Source of the DNA: Thermoplasmatota archaeon
GTDB taxonomy: Archaea > Thermoplasmatota > Penumbrarchaeia > Penumbrarchaeales > Penumbrarchaeaceae
Assembly (NCBI GenBank): GCA_029762535.1
Contig: JARVGK010000020.1
Span: 1 to 54,822, forward strand
Direction of reading: 5' to 3'
Length of the DNA: 54,822 nucleotides
In this document: positions 25,602 to 35,200 of the stretch, in pieces
Position numbering within the stretch: position 1 is the stretch's first letter
Layout of the letters: each line of letters begins with the position of its first letter
Translations under genes and position numbers: made by a program
Notes under the pieces: generated by a model
What the model was told of the DNA's origin: nothing
Databases searched by the model: none
What the model saw: only the letters and a program-made list of their open reading frames with translations

Positions 25602-26795
25602 ATGACGAAGGCCAAAGATGACAAGGAAACGGCTACGAATGCGGCAAAGGCGAAAGGCAGAGGTCGGCCCCGAAAGGATGGTCCTAAGACATCGCTGACA
25701 TTGAACCCCTCGAAGCGCAAGCAGTTATACGACGAGATACTGGAATCCTCCACCGCGATCATCATCGGTCTCGACCCCGCTGGCAGGATCAAAATATACA
25801 ACAAGGGCGCCCAAAGGGCATTGGGATACGATCGCAGATCGGTCCTCGGGAGGTCCTGGTTCGAAATGGTGGCGGATCCGGGAGAGGGCAAGAAGGGTAT
25901 GGATATCTTCAAATGGGATATCAAGGACGGGTTCAGGACCCGCTTCGAGAACATGATCCGATCGGCGAACGGAGCGGAGATCGCCGTCGGTTGGGAGAAC
26001 ACCATCCTTTTCGACAAGAACGGCGAGGTCTCCCTGGTCCTCATGGTAGGACAGGACATAACGCAGGTCAAGGCCCTGGAAAGGGACCTTCTGAGAAGGG
26101 AGGACGAGCTGAAGAAGGCGCTCGAGGACCTCTCCATATACAGCGATCTCATGCTTCATGACATACATAACTCAACAGCGGCCATCATGGGTTACCTCGA
26201 ACTCCTCGGGGGTTTGGAGAACGATCCAGAGAGAAGGAAGAGGTTCAGTTCCATGGCGCTGCAGGAAGCGAAAAAGAGCGTGTCCATCATGAAGGAGATC
26301 AGACTGCTCTCCAGGATCGATAACACGCAACCCCTAGTTTCAGTATCCGTTACCGATGCTTTCCGGAAGGCCATCGACGATGTCGGGAGGGAAATGGGTA
26401 AGCACGGGGTGGCGATAGAGACCGAATTGAACGACATCGATGTCATCGCGGATGGTTTCCTGGGCGATGTCCTGGCCCGGATATTCGAACACTTCCGACC
26501 GGGAGATGGGGACTCCCTGAGGGCAAAGGTCCATGTTAGAAGGGCCCCTGAAATGTCCAGAAAGCTCACACAACCGGTCCTCATCACTCTTTCGGCCCCG
26601 GACACCACCATTCCAAAGGACATGAGGAGGACGGTTTTCACAAGCAGGCCCGAGAAGGGGGGCACATCCGACAGGCTGGGCCTTTATGTGGTCAGAAGGC
26701 TGATAGAGAGGTACGGCGGATCGATATGGATGGACGATGAGCCATCCGAGGGATGGCCCCGGTTCAACATACTGCTCAGAGAAGCCGTTCTGTGA
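25602..26795 (+). CDS. PAS-domain histidine-kinase-like protein with N-terminal AT-hook-like motif
   Basis: KGRGRPRK; PAS (YNKGAQRALGY...GQDIT); H-box HDIHN; degenerate HATPase (LGLYVVRRLIERYGGSIW). Confidence 0.8.
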   Translation: MTKAKDDKETATNAAKAKGRGRPRKDGPKTSLTLNPSKRKQLYDEILESSTAIIIGLDPAGRIKIYNKGAQRALGYDRRSVLGRSWFEMVADPGEGKKGMDIFKWDIKDGFRTRFENMIRSANGAEIAVGWENTILFDKNGEVSLVLMVGQDITQVKALERDLLRREDELKKALEDLSIYSDLMLHDIHNSTAAIMGYLELLGGLENDPERRKRFSSMALQEAKKSVSIMKEIRLLSRIDNTQPLVSVSVTDAFRKAIDDVGREMGKHGVAIETELNDIDVIADGFLGDVLARIFEHFRPGDGDSLRAKVHVRRAPEMSRKLTQPVLITLSAPDTTIPKDMRRTVFTSRPEKGGTSDRLGLYVVRRLIERYGGSIWMDDEPSEGWPRFNILLREAVL

Positions 26796-27014
26796 TCACT
26801 CGGCCACGACGTGCAGTTCGCCGGCCTTGTAGTATATCCAGATATTGTCCTTTATCTTCTTGGTGAGTTCGGATAGCCCCTTATATATCTCTTCTTCCGA
26901 GACCCCCATCGCAACGGCCACTCTGGATGTGATCCATGGACCCGTCTCGAAATCATTGGATAGGATGTAATTGTAAAGCCTGGACTCGAACGGTGTAAGG
27001 TCCGATATCACCAT
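26796..27014 (-). CDS. Small winged-helix-like hypothetical protein
   Basis: LTPFESRLYNYI...VAVAMGVSEEEIYKGLSEL helix-turn-helix pattern. Confidence 0.65.
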   Translation of the reverse strand: MVISDLTPFESRLYNYILSNDFETGPWITSRVAVAMGVSEEEIYKGLSELTKKIKDNIWIYYKAGELHVVAE

Positions 27015-27025
27015 GAGCCCACCGC

Positions 27026-27382
27026 TCATCTCCATCCGGTTCTGTTGATGCCGCCGTCCCCGAAACCCTTCTTGACGACCCTGAGCTTCCTCTTCCTGCC
27101 GTCATCTATCACTCCCGGGAGAGTGATCTCGCCCTTTCTCCTTATCCTTCCCGGGAAGTATTTCAGAAGGATTATTCCCGAACCCGAGATGGACTGTATC
27201 CATCGGAATGGGACCCCCACATTGACGCCTTCCTCAACGATATCCGGGTTGGTCTCGGTCACAAGTACCTCGTATATGTCGTTGTTCTCGATATCCACGA
27301 TGACATCGTCCACGATGCCCAGATTGATCCCCTTGTCGGTTATTACCTGCATGCCTTGCAGATTGTCGATCTCGGTAAGCAT
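27026..27382 (-). CDS. PRC-barrel domain protein
   Basis: GMQVITDKGINLGIVDDVIVD, VPFRWIQSI. Confidence 0.88.
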   Translation of the reverse strand: MLTEIDNLQGMQVITDKGINLGIVDDVIVDIENNDIYEVLVTETNPDIVEEGVNVGVPFRWIQSISGSGIILLKYFPGRIRRKGEITLPGVIDDGRKRKLRVVKKGFGDGGINRTGWR

Positions 27383-27631
27383 TTACGGCTCCCCCTGACT
27401 ATCGCCGAGTCCCATACGGTCCAGGACCCATTTGCTGAGACGGATAAGTATCTTTCTATGGTTTAAACCTTTTTAGAAGTATCCTTCCGCTGATAATATG
27501 ATATCAGGGGCGGGAACAACGGACCATCTGATAACTTATTGTATCATCGATCAAAATAAATACAACATTATGTCCCATTATCGACCTCAAGTTTAATTAG
27601 AAGTTAGGGTATCCACCCGCGGTGTCCCATA

Positions 27632-28189
27632 ATGAAGGATGAGTTGAACGAAAGGACCGTTACCACGGAATATCGAGGCCATAGGATCCTAAACGAGCTC
27701 CTTCGCGATCCCACAAGGAGCCTTGAGGAGATCGCGAACGCTTGCGGCTCCTACCGCCAGAAGATATGGAGGGAGAAGAAGAAGCTGGAGGATGGCGGTG
27801 CCATCTGGGGTTATACCGCTGTTGTGGACGAGGACAGCATCGATTGGAAGACGTTCATTCTCATGCTCAAGCTCAAGCCCCTAACGACCGATCAGGCCAA
27901 CACATTGATCACAAGGCATGTGAGCAATGCTCCTGGAAAGCTCGACATAAGGCTGATGGACACCTACTATCTGAACGGCAGATACGACCTCCTGGTCATA
28001 TTCGCCGCTCCCGATTGGATGACCGCAAGGAAATATTACGACAGCATTAGGATAGAGTATGAACCCTTCATCGAGGAGAGGCCGGAGATCATAGACGTCG
28101 CCTTCTCCCTAATCAGATGGGGCAAGGTCAACCCGAGCATCGAGAGGTTGAGGGAGTTCATTCCTCCCTCGAAAGAGGATAACAGGTAG
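27632..28189 (+). CDS. Lrp/AsnC family transcriptional regulator
   Basis: N-terminal HTH, KLEDGGAIWGY, GRYDL. Confidence 0.85.
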   Translation: MKDELNERTVTTEYRGHRILNELLRDPTRSLEEIANACGSYRQKIWREKKKLEDGGAIWGYTAVVDEDSIDWKTFILMLKLKPLTTDQANTLITRHVSNAPGKLDIRLMDTYYLNGRYDLLVIFAAPDWMTARKYYDSIRIEYEPFIEERPEIIDVAFSLIRWGKVNPSIERLREFIPPSKEDNR

Positions 28190-28264
28190 GGAACATCCAT
28201 ATCTCATATGTAAGGGGTCGGGAATTAATAACACTCGGTGTATCACCATTTATGAGGTGGTACA

Positions 28265-28747
28265 TTGGGAAAGATAAGTTCTTATGGACCAGGGGACCCG
28301 GCACCGGAGGTGTGCCTCCCCGACCAGAACGGCACCGATAGGCGAACATCGGAGATGATGGGAAAATGGCTTGTCCTCTACTTCTATCCAAAGGACGACA
28401 CGCCTGGATGCACCAAGGAGGCGATCGATTTCACTTCGAACATCGATGATTTCGAAAAGGAAGGGGCGGCCGTTCTCGGCATAAGCCCGGACAGCTGCTC
28501 CAGTCACAGGAAGTTCATCGACAAGAAGGGGCTGAAGCTTACCCTGCTGAGCGATCCTGAGCACGATATACTCGATTCCTTTGGCGTGTGGCAGGAGAAG
28601 AGCATGTACGGGAAGAAGTACATGGGAGTCGACAGGTCCACATTCCTGGTCGATCCCGAAGGGATAATAAGGCACGTCTGGAGAGGGGTAAAGGTCGAAG
28701 GGCATGCCGAAGAGGTTCTCAAGACGCTCAGGGACCTGAAAGGATGA
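28265..28747 (+). CDS. bcp: Peroxiredoxin BCP/PrxQ
   Basis: YFYPKDDTPGCTKEA, GISPD, RSTFLVD. TTG start after GAGGTG. Confidence 0.95.
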   Translation: MGKISSYGPGDPAPEVCLPDQNGTDRRTSEMMGKWLVLYFYPKDDTPGCTKEAIDFTSNIDDFEKEGAAVLGISPDSCSSHRKFIDKKGLKLTLLSDPEHDILDSFGVWQEKSMYGKKYMGVDRSTFLVDPEGIIRHVWRGVKVEGHAEEVLKTLRDLKG

Positions 28748-28784
28748 TGATCGGATCCGGACCCCCACCGGAGGGAAAGGAACA

Positions 28785-31199
28785 GTGACCGAAAAAAGCT
28801 CAAGGATGAAGATAAAGGTCACAGGAATGACCTGTGCCTCATGCTCGGGGTCCGTGAAGAGGGCCCTTGAGAAAATGCCAGGGGTCATGAATGCGGATGT
28901 TGACCATGCTTCGGGGATGGCCACCGTTTCATACAAAGGAGGTGGAATAAGCGCCTCCGAGATGAGGCGCTCCATCGAATCTTCCGGGTACGGGGTCGAG
29001 GCGCAAAGCGTGGAGGTCCGCATCGATGGAATGACATGCGCCTCGTGCTCCTCGGCGGTGGAGGCCGCCCTGACATCCATTCCAGGAGTGATATCGGCCA
29101 ATGTGAACCTGTCCAACAAAAGCGCCATCGTCAGGTTCCTGGAAGGCACCGTTCCTCTCTCGACCATCAGGGATGCCGTCAACGGTCTGGGTTACAGCTA
29201 TCAGGGAGTGATCGGCAAGGAAGAGGCCGACACCTCCGATCGGGAGGGCAGGAAGCAAAGGCTTCGACTTATAAGGATCATACTGGGGTTTTCGATCTCA
29301 CTACCAATGTTGGCCCTGATGCACATCGACGTCCATCTACCAGTGGACATGTCTCTATCGTTCCTCATGATCACGGTACCCGTCCTATCCTTCATAGGAT
29401 ATCCAATATTCCGATCGGCGTTCACATCCCTCCTCCACAGGTCGCTGACTATGGACGTAATGTACGCTATGGGCATCTCGGCCGCGTTCATATCCTCAGT
29501 GATGGGGACCTTCGGGATCGTCCTCGACGGTCACTTCAACTTCTACGACACGACGATCATGTTGGCCTCATTCCTGACCCTTGGCAGATATCTCGAGAAC
29601 AGGGCGATGTCAAGGACGGGGGACGCTGTGAGAAAGCTCATAGGTCTCAGGCCCAGGAAGGCGAACCGCCTGGTGGATGGAAGGCTCGAGATCGTCGATG
29701 CCGATGAACTTTCCGTCGGGGACCTGTTCGTTATCAGGCCCGGGGAGAGGGTCCCGGTGGACGGCCGGGTCAAGGACGGCAGGAGCTATGTCGATGAGTC
29801 CATGATCAACGGAGAACCGATCCCCTCCCAGAAGGGGAAGGGTGAAGAGGTCATCGGGGGAACGCTGAACCAGAAGGGGGTCCTGACCGTTGAGGCGACC
29901 AGGGTTGGGGCCGATACCATGCTCTCCCAGATCGTGAGGCTAGTTTCCGAGGCCCAATCCTCCAAACCCGCGCTCCAGAAGATCGCCGACAGGGTGGTGA
30001 CGTATTTCATCCCAGCCGTTCTCGCCATATCGATCGGATCGTTCGTTCTATGGTACCTCGTTCTTGGAGAGAGTCTGCTATTCTCCCTCACCGCCCTGAT
30101 CTCGGTGATGGTAATAGCCTGTCCCTGCGCTTTGGGATTGGCTTCCCCCACGGCCGTGACCGTCGGGATCGGCCGCGGGGCCGAGATGGGGATCCTGATC
30201 AAGGGAGGGGATATTTTGGAGAGGGCGGAGAGGATAGACACCGTCCTATTCGACAAGACGGGCACCGTCACGATGGGCAGGCCGGAGGTGACCTCCGTCG
30301 ATGCATTCGGGATCGATGAGGGGGCGCTCCTCTCGTTCGTCGCACCCGTGGAATCCCTCTCCGACCATCCTTTGGCAAGGGCGATAACGGAGCGAGCGAA
30401 AATGTCCGAAAAAGAAACGGACGAGGTACGCGATTTCGAACTGATAGAAGGCAGGGGTGTTATGGGAACGGTAAAGGGTTCGAAGGTTCGCATAGGCAAC
30501 AGGCGCATGATGAAAGAGGGGGGGATCGAGATACCTCCCATGGTCGAGGAAAGGATGGAGAGGATGGAGACCGAAGGCAAGACCGCATCCCTGGTCTCCA
30601 TTTCAGGAAGGATAGCTGGCCTTATAGGGATCGAGGACCCGGTAAAAGAGGGAGCCTCGGAGGCCGTGTCCTCCATCAAGAGCATGGGCATCAGGACCAT
30701 GATGGTCACCGGGGACAACCCCCGGACCGCAAAAGCGGTGGCGCGCAAGGTAGGGATCGATGAGGTCCTAGCCGAGGTGCTTCCGGGAGGCAAGTCCGAG
30801 AAGGTGGTGGAGCTTCAACGAAAGGGTAGAAAGGTGGCCTTCATAGGAGACGGGATAAATGATGCCCCCGCGCTCGCCCGCTCGGATGTCGGGATCGCAA
30901 TAGGGACCGGGACCGACATCGCGATCGACAGCGCGGGAATAGTTCTGGTGAGCGGAAAGTTGAACAACGCTCTACATTCCCTCAAATTGAGCAGAAAGGT
31001 CATGGGCAGGGTGAGGATGAACCTCTTCTGGGCCTTCGCATACAACACCGCCCTGATCCCTGCCGCCGCAGGGGCACTCCACCCTCTTTTCGGGGTCCAT
31101 TTCAGACCCGAGTGGGGGGCGCTCGCGATGGCTCTGAGCTCGGTGACGGTAATAAGCCTCTCACTCATGCTGAAGCGATACGATCCTGCCTCCGGATGA
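28785..31199 (+). CDS. copA: Cu(I)-translocating P1B-type ATPase
   Basis: Two GMTCASC HMA domains, CPC, DKTGT, HP, GDGIND, YN, MALSS. Confidence 0.96.
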   Translation: MTEKSSRMKIKVTGMTCASCSGSVKRALEKMPGVMNADVDHASGMATVSYKGGGISASEMRRSIESSGYGVEAQSVEVRIDGMTCASCSSAVEAALTSIPGVISANVNLSNKSAIVRFLEGTVPLSTIRDAVNGLGYSYQGVIGKEEADTSDREGRKQRLRLIRIILGFSISLPMLALMHIDVHLPVDMSLSFLMITVPVLSFIGYPIFRSAFTSLLHRSLTMDVMYAMGISAAFISSVMGTFGIVLDGHFNFYDTTIMLASFLTLGRYLENRAMSRTGDAVRKLIGLRPRKANRLVDGRLEIVDADELSVGDLFVIRPGERVPVDGRVKDGRSYVDESMINGEPIPSQKGKGEEVIGGTLNQKGVLTVEATRVGADTMLSQIVRLVSEAQSSKPALQKIADRVVTYFIPAVLAISIGSFVLWYLVLGESLLFSLTALISVMVIACPCALGLASPTAVTVGIGRGAEMGILIKGGDILERAERIDTVLFDKTGTVTMGRPEVTSVDAFGIDEGALLSFVAPVESLSDHPLARAITERAKMSEKETDEVRDFELIEGRGVMGTVKGSKVRIGNRRMMKEGGIEIPPMVEERMERMETEGKTASLVSISGRIAGLIGIEDPVKEGASEAVSSIKSMGIRTMMVTGDNPRTAKAVARKVGIDEVLAEVLPGGKSEKVVELQRKGRKVAFIGDGINDAPALARSDVGIAIGTGTDIAIDSAGIVLVSGKLNNALHSLKLSRKVMGRVRMNLFWAFAYNTALIPAAAGALHPLFGVHFRPEWGALAMALSSVTVISLSLMLKRYDPASG

Positions 31200-31212
31200 T
31201 GCTTTTTTGACC

Positions 31213-33822
31213 CTAAGAGGATGTGGGTGCTTCCTCTGAGGAAGGGGGATCATCTTTCGGGGCGGGAGCGGTCGTTGGGGTCTCCTCAGAAGGTCCCTCG
31301 GGAGGGGCTTGCTGATCCGGGAGGTCCACCTTTGGAGGGGGGGTCTCGGAAGGCGGCTCTTCCGGTGCCGGGGGAGCAGGTCCTGCATCGGATGATGGAG
31401 GCGGTGTGATGTCGCCATAAAGCCTCTTGAACTCCTCCTTCTTCCTCTCCTCCTCCTTCAACTTCTCCTCAGCCTCCCTCAAAAGCCTTTCCTCCTCGGT
31501 CAATACCTCCTGAGCGGGTTCTCCTTCCGGTCTATCATCCTGTTTCTTCGACCTCAATACGAAGAAAAGTACAATGCCTACGATGGCCGCTATGATGATG
31601 ATCACGAGGAATATGACCAGCCCCGTAGGGATCGTAGTGCCCGGGTCCTTTGGCGGGGGAACTTCTCTCTCGTTGACCCTCAGGATGAAACCGGAGGTAT
31701 TGGTATTGCCCTGGGCATCCTTTACGACCACGTCGATCTTCCAGGATCCGGGCTGTTCCACAACGCCTCCTACCGTCAAGCCCTCCATCGGGAACAGGGC
31801 GGGCTTGGCCGTCCATACTATCGAGGTCACCCCGATGTTGTCGCTGACATCAAGGGTGACGTTGAACGATTCGCCAACGTAAATGGTGATGGGCGAGAGT
31901 ATGCCTAGATCTGGCGGGGTAGCGTCGTACAGGGTCGAGTTGAAGAATACGGTCTGATTAGAATTACCTTCTGCGTCCCATGCCCGAACGCTGAAGAACA
32001 GTCGGTCCAATCGATCCAGTGGTATGGGAACGTAGCCCACCCACTCCTTCACCGATTCGCTCATCTCTGCGGTTCGGGTAACGGTGTCATTACCGAAGCG
32101 GTAGATGATCTCGGCCCCGGCGACCTTGATATTGTCCGTGATCGATATGCTGATGCGATGGTTCAGGCCCGAACCCGCCATCTCACCGAACCTAAGTGTG
32201 ATGGTCGGCAACGAAGGAGCGGTCCTATCCACCACGGAGAAATTCCTGGAGATCGTCTTCCTCCAATTGCCGTTGACGTCCCTGGCATTGAACATGTAAT
32301 GGACGGGCTCGATATTGTTGGGGTCCAGGGTGACGTTGAGCTGGTAGGTCCCATTGCCCTTCACCATTGTCTGGTTCTTGACCTCACCCTCGCCATAATT
32401 AAGAAGGAGATGCACCCTGTCAACGGCGATATTGTCCGCAACCTCTATCTCGAAGCTGTATATCGCGCCCGTCTCCATGGGCCCATCCGAAAGGTCCCTG
32501 CCAAAAACAGGGGGGTCGTCATCGATTATTTCGATCCTCTTCTGGGCCGATGTCCGATCGTTACCCTCCGCATCCAACGCATGGATGACGTAATGGATAT
32601 CATCGATGGAATCAGGGACGATCATCGATCCGGACCAGGTTATTCCGCCGATGTTCAAAAGGCTCACGTTATCGAGTTTGACAAGGCCCTGATTGCATTC
32701 GATGATGGCCGAGGCGACCAGAACGTTGTCGGTCACATTGATCGAAAATACCAGTTCGTCCCCTGTGAAAGCGGTGTTCGGAGTGTCGTCCGCCTGTATG
32801 ACCGGTGGATCGTTATCGATTATCCTTATGGTCTTCGGAGGAGTGGAGTTCTCGTTGCCGGAGGTGTCCCTCGCGTGGAAAGTGTAGACGATGTCGTTGT
32901 CGATCGGCCCTACCCACACATCCAAGGTCCAGTCGTTCCCCGCCCCGAGGTTCATATTAAGGTCGAACTGGTCCAATCCGTATAGATAGGAGACCTTGAC
33001 CTCCTCCACTTCTATGTTGTCCTGAACGAACACCGAGAACCTCAACGGATCCCCCGTCGTGGCCTCGGAGGGGGTCTGATCGATCTGGAAGACGGGGAGC
33101 ACATCGTCGATGACCGGGATCGTCCTTTCGGGAGTGACCAGTTCAAGGCTGAAGAGGTCGCTAACCCTGTAAAAATAGGTCAGGGGCCTTCTGGAGTCCA
33201 GAGGCACGCTGAGGTTCCTGTAGTATGTGTCGCCCTCTCCCTTGAACATCTTCACCTTGGTCAAAGAAACGTTCCCGAAGCGGTATTCCAGCCTGACATC
33301 GAATATGTTGATGTTGTCGACGAGGTCGGCGGATAACATCAACACCGCTCCGGTATTGGTCTGGGCGGGGGTATGGTCCGCTATCATCTCCGGGGGGTCG
33401 TTGTCTATGACGTTCAGCGTGGCCTGAGGGGTTTCAGCCTTGTTCTGAGCGGAGTCCCAGGCACGGAAGATGTATTTGAACTGCTCCACCGAGTTCAATG
33501 GGGCGGTCAGGTTCACCTTGTATTCCTGCAGACCCAGCTCTTTCTCCATCTCCTCGATGTTTGGAACGGAGGTTCCGAACCAGTATTCGATCTCGACCCG
33601 GGCCACGTCCACATCGTCGTTGACGACTATTACCAACTGGAACTCGTCCCCTGTCGTCAGGAAGGTCGGTATCTGAGATGGTATTATCGTGGGAGGGGTC
33701 GTGTCGTCCCTCGTTGGAGGAGGGGTCGGTGATCCTGCCGTGATCGATGAGGCTATAGAGAGGGTTGCGATCAAGATTATCATTAGCCAAGAGGCGATGG
33801 CGGTCCTGACATTCATTTTCAT
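31213..33822 (-). CDS. Membrane-anchored surface protein with about 7 tandem Ig-like repeats of about 100 aa and a Pro/Glu-rich tail
   Basis: Signal peptide from MKMNVRT. Recurrent D..PP / V.DN..V / A.D..GN motifs. C-terminal TM helix. The track start at 34044 overlaps a tRNA and is rejected. Confidence 0.85.
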   Translation of the reverse strand: MKMNVRTAIASWLMIILIATLSIASSITAGSPTPPPTRDDTTPPTIIPSQIPTFLTTGDEFQLVIVVNDDVDVARVEIEYWFGTSVPNIEEMEKELGLQEYKVNLTAPLNSVEQFKYIFRAWDSAQNKAETPQATLNVIDNDPPEMIADHTPAQTNTGAVLMLSADLVDNINIFDVRLEYRFGNVSLTKVKMFKGEGDTYYRNLSVPLDSRRPLTYFYRVSDLFSLELVTPERTIPVIDDVLPVFQIDQTPSEATTGDPLRFSVFVQDNIEVEEVKVSYLYGLDQFDLNMNLGAGNDWTLDVWVGPIDNDIVYTFHARDTSGNENSTPPKTIRIIDNDPPVIQADDTPNTAFTGDELVFSINVTDNVLVASAIIECNQGLVKLDNVSLLNIGGITWSGSMIVPDSIDDIHYVIHALDAEGNDRTSAQKRIEIIDDDPPVFGRDLSDGPMETGAIYSFEIEVADNIAVDRVHLLLNYGEGEVKNQTMVKGNGTYQLNVTLDPNNIEPVHYMFNARDVNGNWRKTISRNFSVVDRTAPSLPTITLRFGEMAGSGLNHRISISITDNIKVAGAEIIYRFGNDTVTRTAEMSESVKEWVGYVPIPLDRLDRLFFSVRAWDAEGNSNQTVFFNSTLYDATPPDLGILSPITIYVGESFNVTLDVSDNIGVTSIVWTAKPALFPMEGLTVGGVVEQPGSWKIDVVVKDAQGNTNTSGFILRVNEREVPPPKDPGTTIPTGLVIFLVIIIIAAIVGIVLFFVLRSKKQDDRPEGEPAQEVLTEEERLLREAEEKLKEEERKKEEFKRLYGDITPPPSSDAGPAPPAPEEPPSETPPPKVDLPDQQAPPEGPSEETPTTAPAPKDDPPSSEEAPTSS

Positions 33823-33986
33823 ATTATACCCCCTTAGGGCAGAAGGCTGAGATGTTTCATTGTCCATAAAGCTAACCAAAACCCTTTCACATACCAGGAT
33901 ACTACCTTCACACCTCTCAGAAAGATATTTTAACAACCGCGTTGTATCCGGGCTCTCCCGAAATAATATGATCCCAAGTAAATAAG

Positions 33987-34072
33987 GCGGGGGTGGCTCA
34001 GCCCGGTACGGCGACGGATTGCTAATCCGTTGACCTTCGGTCACGGGGGTTCAAATCCCCCCCCCCGCGCCA
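33987..34072 (+). tRNA. tRNA-Ser (GCT), CCA encoded
   Basis: GCGGGGG acceptor pairs with CCCCCGC. Anticodon arm ACGGA-TTGCTAA-TCCGT, variable arm TGACC-TTC-GGTCA, T-arm GGGGG-TTCAAAT-CCCCC. Confidence 0.96.
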
Positions 34073-34212
34073 ACTATCTCTCGTCAATGTTCAATTGCTA
34101 CGATAGTTGGCGCTCGACATCAATCAGATACGAAAAATGCCAAAGTGAACATTGCTACTTCTCTTTCGCACGAGGAGGCGTTATTAGTCCGCTCATATGA
34201 AATGGATATCGA

Positions 34213-35100
34213 CTATTGTGTCAGAAAGATGACCGTTAAAGCTGCGATGTTATTGAATCCGTGTATCACGATCCCGGGAAGTACCGATCCGCTGCGATGC
34301 CTGGCCCATCCCAGGACCAGCCCTGTGAGGAAGAGGGGGAGGATCCGCACCGGGTCCAGATGCGAGACGGCGAAAAGCAGAGATACGGAGATCACGGAGG
34401 GCAGCGGGCCTATAACCCTTGATACGCTGCCCTGGATCGCCCCCCGGAACGCGATCTCCTCGATGACAGGGACAAGTAGAGCGATCGGAACCATGAGCAA
34501 GGCCATGTCGAGTATGTCTACCATTTCGAAAGGATACGCCGGTATCGGCCTCTCCTGGCCGATCCTCATGACGATGAAGACGAATGCCACCAGCCCCTGG
34601 GCAAGAAGCATTACGAGGGCCCCAAAGAACGCCGTGGATGCCGTCAGCCTCCCGGACATATACGTTCTTATCCTATCCCTTCCGAGGAACAGGGACATGG
34701 CGGAGAGGAAAACCGCGCAGTAAACGGCGAGCAGCATGGATAGGGTCGCGGAGGGGATCCTCCCCCCGCCCCAACCCGGAAGATCCATCGCTGCTGAGTC
34801 CCCCGGAAGGAACAGCAGAATGGCGCCGGAAAGCGCAACGGATACCAACTGTGACGCCAACAGCATGCCGATCAGCGATATCGCCAGATAAGTCGGCGGG
34901 CCCTCAACGATCCCTCTCCACTTCGGGTTCGAACTCAGGCTAAAGATGATCAGGGCAAGGACGGGTGATAGAAGCGAAAGTGTTATCCCCTCCGCGATAG
35001 GGACCTCCCTCCTCTTGATGAATAACATCATCAGGGCGTCGATCCGCAGGAGGGCCCCGCCGACGATCACGATCAATCGAAGGCTTCCTATGACATCCAC
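34213..35100 (-). CDS. CPBP (CAAX/Abi) family intramembrane metalloprotease
   Basis: PVIEEIAFRG, FAVSH, HGFNN. Confidence 0.9.
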   Translation of the reverse strand: MDVIGSLRLIVIVGGALLRIDALMMLFIKRREVPIAEGITLSLLSPVLALIIFSLSSNPKWRGIVEGPPTYLAISLIGMLLASQLVSVALSGAILLFLPGDSAAMDLPGWGGGRIPSATLSMLLAVYCAVFLSAMSLFLGRDRIRTYMSGRLTASTAFFGALVMLLAQGLVAFVFIVMRIGQERPIPAYPFEMVDILDMALLMVPIALLVPVIEEIAFRGAIQGSVSRVIGPLPSVISVSLLFAVSHLDPVRILPLFLTGLVLGWARHRSGSVLPGIVIHGFNNIAALTVIFLTQ

Positions 35101-35200
35101 GGACCCATATCTACGTCGAGGTTAATTATTATCATCCCCCTAATTATCCACCCGAACGGAAATGATAATAAGAGCCGGTATTTCTAGCCCGTTGATATTC

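Noticed and set aside
33823-34044. N-terminal extension of the 943-aa ORF
   Set aside because: Overlaps tRNA-Ser and its promoter. The signal peptide begins at 33822.
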